DNA from: Promethearchaeota archaeon
Lineage (GTDB): Archaea > Asgardarchaeota > Lokiarchaeia > Sigyniarchaeales > SOKP01
Reading direction: 5' to 3'
Assembly (NCBI GenBank): GCA_019057795.1
Contig: JAHLWS010000008.1
Location: 1 to 55,413 of the forward strand
Length of the DNA stretch: 55,413 nucleotides
Part shown: piece after piece, positions 50,016 to 55,413 of the stretch
Layout of the letters: each line of letters begins with the position of its first letter
Numbering within the stretch: the first letter of the stretch is position 1
The notes under the pieces: model-generated
The model's database searches: none
What the model saw: the letters and a program-made list of their open reading frames with translations, nothing else
Told to the model about the DNA's origin: nothing
Position numbers and translations under genes: made by a program

Positions 50016-51593
50016 ATGTATGAAGAAAGCGTAATTATTAAAGATTGGAGAAATGTTGACTTATCTTTTGGTCTAATATATCCAAACAATTATAAATTGG
50101 GAATTTCTTCCTATTCAATCAGATTACTTTATCATTTAATTAACTCCAACGAAAGATATGTATGCGAGCGAATTTACCTTCCTGAAAAAATAAAATTTCC
50201 AGCATCTAAAGATCTATCTCCCATTGATCGCCTTCGAAGTATAGAAAATAAAGTTTTACCTAAAGATTTTGACATTTTAGGATTCTCAGTTCATTATGAA
50301 AACGATTATAGAAATATTTTATGGATTTTAGACAAATCCCAAATCCCATTAGATGCAAAAAAACGTCACGATTCTTACTTTCGTAATGTAATAAATTATC
50401 CCCTCATAATTGGTGGAGGCCCCTCAGTAACTTCAAATCCTTTACCATTGAGTAAGGTTTTTGATCTCTTCTTTATCGGTGATGCTGAACCAAATCTAAA
50501 TATATTTTTTGATGTTTTCATGGATTACAAATTAAAAAAAATTAATTTTCAAGCATTTCTTGATCGGGTAAAAAATATAGAAGGAATTTTTATACCAGCT
50601 CTCGATAACAAAACAAATCGAGCAGTTTTAAAAAATCTAGATGAATCTCCTACACCACAATTTCAATTATTAGCTAAAAATGATAATAATAATAAGATAT
50701 TTGAAGAAAACTATTTTATTGAAGTTAATAGAGGTTGTCCGTATCAATGCAAATTTTGTTTATCTTCTTTTCACAATTCTCCGTTTAGAAACAAGAGTTA
50801 TGAGGAGATAATTAAAAACATTGAAGAAGGTATAAAATATTCAAATTTTAGAAAAATTAGTCTAATTGGATCGTGCATATCCTCCCATCCTAAATTCGTT
50901 GAAATATGCGAGTTTATAAATAATAAAGGCAAGAACTTTAGCATCCCTTCAATTCGTTTAGAACATATCACGCCTAAAATCATTAAAATATTCGAAAAAA
51001 ACGATTCTAAAACTATTACTATTGCTCCAGAAACGGGAACAGAATCGTTACGATACGACTTAGGAAAAAAAATATCTAACGAGAAGATTTTACAAGTTTT
51101 AAACCAAATTAAAGAATCTAAGATAAAAAAAGTAAAGTTTTATTTTCTAGTAGGATTGCCAAACGAAACCGATGATGATGTTTTAGAAATTATTAATCTT
51201 TTGAAATCCATTAAGAAAATTGGTTTTACGAGGAATGAACTTAAAGTTAACGTTAATCCGTTTGTTCCTAAGCTAAACACGCCCTACGGAAATAAATGTC
51301 ACTTTTACTTATCAAATAATCTTAGTGATTTAAAATTGAAACTTAAAACTTTAGAAGTAGCGTTAAAAAACATCACCTCAATTAAATTTAAAAACCCAAA
51401 AAACATCGTAAATAACGCGAGATTACAGGCTTTAATATCGTTAGGAGATCGAAATATATCCGAATTACTCCTACAATATTACTTTAATGGTGCTAATATG
51501 GGCTCTTTAAGAAGGGCTGAAAAGGATTTGAATTTTTCAATTGATAACTATTTCCAAAAAGTCCAAGATGGTTACAAACCGTGGATAATCTAG
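50016..51593 (+). CDS. Radical SAM protein (B12-binding-like/TIGR03960-type)
   Basis: YPNNY, IIGGGP...NPLP, IGDAE, EVNRGCPYQCKFC, TIAPETGTESLR, VGLPNET, FVPKLNTP. Confidence 0.85.
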   Translation: MYEESVIIKDWRNVDLSFGLIYPNNYKLGISSYSIRLLYHLINSNERYVCERIYLPEKIKFPASKDLSPIDRLRSIENKVLPKDFDILGFSVHYENDYRNILWILDKSQIPLDAKKRHDSYFRNVINYPLIIGGGPSVTSNPLPLSKVFDLFFIGDAEPNLNIFFDVFMDYKLKKINFQAFLDRVKNIEGIFIPALDNKTNRAVLKNLDESPTPQFQLLAKNDNNNKIFEENYFIEVNRGCPYQCKFCLSSFHNSPFRNKSYEEIIKNIEEGIKYSNFRKISLIGSCISSHPKFVEICEFINNKGKNFSIPSIRLEHITPKIIKIFEKNDSKTITIAPETGTESLRYDLGKKISNEKILQVLNQIKESKIKKVKFYFLVGLPNETDDDVLEIINLLKSIKKIGFTRNELKVNVNPFVPKLNTPYGNKCHFYLSNNLSDLKLKLKTLEVALKNITSIKFKNPKNIVNNARLQALISLGDRNISELLLQYYFNGANMGSLRRAEKDLNFSIDNYFQKVQDGYKPWII

Positions 51594-51624
51594 ATTACAA
51601 ATAAAAAGAAAAATTAGATAAATT

Positions 51625-52140
51625 TTAATCGATTTTATTAAATACTTGTTTAGGAGATTTACAAACTGGGCATGGGTCTGGAGGTTCTCCTTCGTGAGTG
51701 TATCCGCATACAGAGCATACATACATTGGCCCTTCTTCTAAATCTTTACCGCTTTCAACTAATTCTAAAGCTTTTTGATAAAGTTTATGGTGTATCTTCT
51801 CCACATCGTTAGCAAGGTTAAAAGTTCTTTCTGCGCTTTTATTTTCTTCTGTTTTGGCGTCGTTAATGAAATCAGGGTACATTTTTGTAAATTCGTAATA
51901 TTCACCCTCAATTGCTTCTTTTAAGTTTTCGGTAGTAGACTTGATACCTCCCATAGCACGCAAGTGGTTAAGTGCGTGTACTGTTTCTGCAGCCGCAGCA
52001 GCTCTAAATAAGCGAGCTACTCCTGGAAGTCCGTCTTGTTCTGCTTTTTTTGCAAAAGCTAGATACTTTCTATTGGCTTGAGATTCACCCGCAAAAGCGG
52101 CTTTTAAATCTTCTTCTGACTTCGTCATATTAAAGTTCAC
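51625..52140 (-). CDS. rbr: Rubrerythrin
   Basis: AFAGESQANRKY, ETVHA, EGEYYE, EKIH, C-terminal CSVCG...CPVC; likely start ATG 52128. Confidence 0.93.
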   Translation of the reverse strand: MNFNMTKSEEDLKAAFAGESQANRKYLAFAKKAEQDGLPGVARLFRAAAAAETVHALNHLRAMGGIKSTTENLKEAIEGEYYEFTKMYPDFINDAKTEENKSAERTFNLANDVEKIHHKLYQKALELVESGKDLEEGPMYVCSVCGYTHEGEPPDPCPVCKSPKQVFNKID

Positions 52141-52282
52141 TCATTAAATTTTTATTATGAATTATATTTCAAAATATTTTAAGTTGCATTTTATAATAAA
52201 TAATCTTTTTTGAATCGCGAAATTTAGCAACAAATCATGAAAATGATAAAAATAGATAGATTAGAAATATGATTTTCTGATA

Positions 52283-53089
52283 CTAATCATTAAGAAAATT
52301 TATTATCTTGTTTACAACTTTCTGTAAATAAAATTCTGCCATTCCAAATCTAATTTTGGAATCGAAGATAAGAATTAATATATATAGATCATTTATATTT
52401 TCAGAAAAAATTAGCTCGTTGTTCTTAGAGGTGTAAAATAATTTTAGAATAGTATTATTACAAATTTTCACTCTAAAATCGACCTCCTTTAAAAAATCTT
52501 TTATAATCATCTTATTGAAAGAGGAAAAAACTACTTTACCTATAATAGTTAAAAGAATAGCTCCCTTAATGTCATCGTTTAAGTGGAGTTCTTTGAGTAA
52601 GCTAATAATTTCATCTTCTTTGATTAAATCAAATTCGCTACTATAGGGTTCCCTAATAATATCTTCGATGAGGTAATTTAATTGCTCATCATTGACATAT
52701 TCTAAATCGGTTTTTATGTCGTTTTTAATTACGTATTCTGAAAATTTAGAGTGGATTTTGGAAATTATTTCATCCAAAAGCTGCCAATTTTCGATCGTAT
52801 TACACAGAAGGTTGTAGTATAAATTTTTTTTTTCAAAAACTACTAATTTTATACCTCCACCCATTTCAACAGTTTTAATCTTATTTCCGATAAACTCTTT
52901 AGTAAAAGACATTAGCGCTGTAAAGTATGAGGAAATTAACTGTTCTTGCTCTAAGGGGTACAAATTTGTAAGATTTAAGCCATAGATACATATACCAGAT
53001 TTATTGAAGATGAATAAATTATGTATATTCAATTTATCAGATGTTCTTTTGATCTTTGAAACGATTACGGAATTGTCGGGAATACCCAT
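52283..53089 (-). CDS. Longin-like + roadblock-like two-domain protein
   Basis: IHNLFIFNKSGICIY...LISSYFTALMSFTKE...IKTVEM (longin-like); IKGAILLTIIGKVVFSS...FGMAEFYL (roadblock-like). Confidence 0.6.
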   Translation of the reverse strand: MGIPDNSVIVSKIKRTSDKLNIHNLFIFNKSGICIYGLNLTNLYPLEQEQLISSYFTALMSFTKEFIGNKIKTVEMGGGIKLVVFEKKNLYYNLLCNTIENWQLLDEIISKIHSKFSEYVIKNDIKTDLEYVNDEQLNYLIEDIIREPYSSEFDLIKEDEIISLLKELHLNDDIKGAILLTIIGKVVFSSFNKMIIKDFLKEVDFRVKICNNTILKLFYTSKNNELIFSENINDLYILILIFDSKIRFGMAEFYLQKVVNKIINFLND

Positions 53090-53233
53090 ATTAAATTGTT
53101 AAAATCAAACTATAAAAAGCACAAACTTTTCGATAACTTAGGAAACAGGAGCGCTAGTTAGGCTATTTCTTATAGCATAGATCATGTCGAAAATGTATAC
53201 CTATAAATCTGAATCAAATGATCTCCCAAATCC

Positions 53234-54235
53234 CTAAGTTATAGTGCTATGAACTCCCTTAAAACATAATTTACATGGAAGTATCGTATATCCTTTCTCA
53301 ATCAACTTCTCTTTTATTTGGTTTTCGTGACCAATTTCTGCTAGTATGGTTGCTGAACCGCCACCTCCAGCCCCATTGCATTTAAAGCCAAGAGCACCAT
53401 TATCTTTTGATATTTTTTCTGCGTTCATAATGCTTTCATTGACCATTAATGGATGGAGTCTTTTTTGCGCATCCCAATTTTTATTCATAATTTCTCCTAT
53501 ACTTATTAAATCAGATTTTATTGCACTTTTCATTTCCCACGCACAATTTTTCATAATCTCAAACGAATTAATAGTATTTGGGTCTCTTTTTTTGTAATTT
53601 TCTATAACAGCTCTATGCATTTCATCTGAGCTTCTTGAACCCAAAAATAGCAATAAAAATTGGTTTTCTAATTCTCTAATTCTTTTATCGTTAATTTTAA
53701 TGTTGGATATTTTAACATCAGGATAATCAATCTCCATAAAATTAATTCCTCCATAAGACGCAGCAAACTGATCTTGTACTCCACTTTCCAAGTTTAACTC
53801 TTCAGTTTCAAGTCTATGGGCTAATTGCGCAATTTCATAATTAGTTAAGTCTACTTGATTATATTTAGATAACGCAGAAATTAAAGTAACAGCAATACTC
53901 GCACTAGTGCCAGTTCCACATCCAGGAGGCGCGTCTGCGCTCACATTAATATCTAATCCTTTTTCAATATTCATACTTTTAACTGCGGCTTTTAACAAAT
54001 CTAAGTTTCCATCGTATTCAACTGCTTTAAAATTTATAATTTCAGTGCTTTGTTCGAAATCTTCGGCGAAAATTCTTATTTTATTCAATCCATTTTCCGT
54101 TAGTTTTACTTTGCTATAAAGATCAACACAAAAGCTAAAAACGGCACCTTTAGGATAAAACCACGTATCAGTCCAACCACCTATATCACAAATTCTCACA
54201 GGTGCTCTTGATAAGATTACCTTTTTTATACTCAT
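53234..54235 (-). CDS. GHMP-family sugar kinase (HddA, heptose-7-phosphate kinase-like)
   Basis: RAPVRICDIGGWTD, PPGCGTGTSAS, GVQDQFAASYGG, KCNGAGGGG. Confidence 0.88.
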   Translation of the reverse strand: MSIKKVILSRAPVRICDIGGWTDTWFYPKGAVFSFCVDLYSKVKLTENGLNKIRIFAEDFEQSTEIINFKAVEYDGNLDLLKAAVKSMNIEKGLDINVSADAPPGCGTGTSASIAVTLISALSKYNQVDLTNYEIAQLAHRLETEELNLESGVQDQFAASYGGINFMEIDYPDVKISNIKINDKRIRELENQFLLLFLGSRSSDEMHRAVIENYKKRDPNTINSFEIMKNCAWEMKSAIKSDLISIGEIMNKNWDAQKRLHPLMVNESIMNAEKISKDNGALGFKCNGAGGGGSATILAEIGHENQIKEKLIEKGYTILPCKLCFKGVHSTIT

Positions 54236-54732
54236 ATTTCAAATTTTTAATTATCTCTTCAATAATCATTTGTATGTTCCTAGTAGTTAAAATTTTTATT
54301 TTTTAGAACGATTATTTGTAACTCATTTATTAATTTTAATATATTTAGTTTTAACCATAGACTTCCTCTCATATGAGGTATAATTTACGATAGGTACATT
54401 GTAAAATTAAAAAATGAATTTTATATTTAATTCAATTTTCATTTCAGTATATTAAAAAGAAAAACGATCGGTTCTCAAACAGTGAAGATATATGACCGCA
54501 AATTGATTATGTTCAAAATTAAACATTTTTGGAGTTAATTTATATAATGAAAGAACTAAAACTTGATGGCTTCAAAAAAGAAGTAGAATTATTTTGAATT
54601 CTTTTTATCTTACTCTATTTTTATTATGAATTAGGAATAGAATCATTTAAAAGAAAAAAGAAAATTCCATATTATAAAAAAAGCAAAGAGTCTTAAATGG
54701 AATATATAAAGAAAAAAAAGAGAAAAATTTAA

Positions 54733-55413
54733 TTATTGTACTTTTCTCCGACGTTTTCGAATCAATAATATTATTGTTATAGAAACAGCTAATCCTCCAC
54801 CTGCAATTGCTGCGATAATAGCAATGATAATCGCAAAGGGAAGTGCTAAATACAGAATGCTATCACAAATTGGCGAAGTTTCTCCTGCTGCAATTCGAAA
54901 CTTAACACAGATTGAATATTCCATATTATTTGTAGAACCTTCTAAATATAATTGTTTTGCTGTAGCATAAGGTTCCCAATCAGTCCAAGCACCAGTAGTT
55001 CCATTTCTAAAGCACATTTCTGTTGCTCCATCCGCCGAGAGCGTGAGATTCACTAAGGTAGAATCAGTACTGGCATCTCCATTATTTATAATTATGGATA
55101 GATTCAATGGAGATGATCTTAATTTTTTATAAAATATATCATGATCCGTTCCCGAACCGCTATAATCCGTATAATCAGTCCACGCAATGTGCACGTTTCC
55201 GGAACCGTCCAATGCTATTGTTGGAGAAGAAGAATGACCGGTGCTTTCCGTGGAGACCACCTCGGTCGTGGTCCAGGTCGCCGTGGTCTCGTTACTTTGC
55301 TTATAAAATATATCCGTATACTTTGCCTAACGGCGTTATTGTGTTTTTTGATTCCTAGCAATGTTCTCGTTTCCGGAACCGTCCGCTGCTATTGTTGGAG
55401 ACCAAGAATAACC
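54733..55413 (-). CDS. C-terminal part of a repeat-containing, membrane-anchored surface protein; the upstream repeat is disrupted and the gene runs off the window
   Basis: Repeat WTTTEVVSTES...SPTIALDGSGNVHIAW.D..DY.GSGTD.DIFYK, then an Ig-like domain, TM and RKRRRK. A second repeat copy (about 55300-55413) carries in-frame TAA and TAG. Confidence 0.7.

Noticed and set aside
53100-53230. Possible structured RNA or SECIS-like element in the intergenic region
   Set aside because: Only short stems (e.g. GCTAT...ATAGC), no recognisable consensus, and no in-frame TGA selenoprotein candidate nearby.
3810-55358. Numerous 60-113 aa track ORFs nested in or antisense to long genes (e.g. 5725..6018, 9335..9643, 23711..24307, 31239..31523, 53346..53597, 55107..55358)
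   Set aside because: Shadow ORFs of well-supported genes, with no motifs or start signals.
55127-55413. Diversity-generating retroelement TR/VR pair
   Set aside because: Roughly half of the mismatches are not at adenines, there is no reverse transcriptase in the window, and both copies are in-frame units of a repeat protein.
1-55413. tRNA or rRNA genes
   Set aside because: No GC-rich cloverleaf-like or rRNA-like stretch was seen in any intergenic region.

Overview
AT-rich archaeal chromosomal segment that looks like an Asgard archaeon (Lokiarchaeia/Promethearchaeota). The evidence is the archaeal rps15/rps3ae pair, a gelsolin-domain protein, longin/roadblock-like proteins and large C-terminally anchored surface proteins. 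Most genes are housekeeping or metabolic: hydrolases, MFS transporters, two GDPDs, RNase III, RdgB, Sir2, radical SAMs, rubrerythrin, a GHMP kinase and a 16-kb MacB/FtsX-type ABC operon with an S8 protease. The most striking feature lies at 11.8-15.7 kb. A 988-aa tandem winged-HTH + TPR protein is transcribed divergently from four ORFs (95, 24, 22 and 25 aa); the three shortest are missing from the ORF track. Each ORF has a similar A-rich leader and GAG(G)T(A/G)AAATAAA-ATG-like start context, and each ends in [F/L]-x-[F/Y]-COOH. A perfect palindromic operator lies between the two TATA boxes. This is a candidate archaeal peptide-sensing (RRNPP-analogous) system, with ThiF, GNAT and 7TM genes next to it. 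Several genes are disrupted (AAA ATPase, gelsolin-like gene, MFS, a degraded paralog, the last gene in the window). All calls come from motif recognition by eye; no database searches were run.
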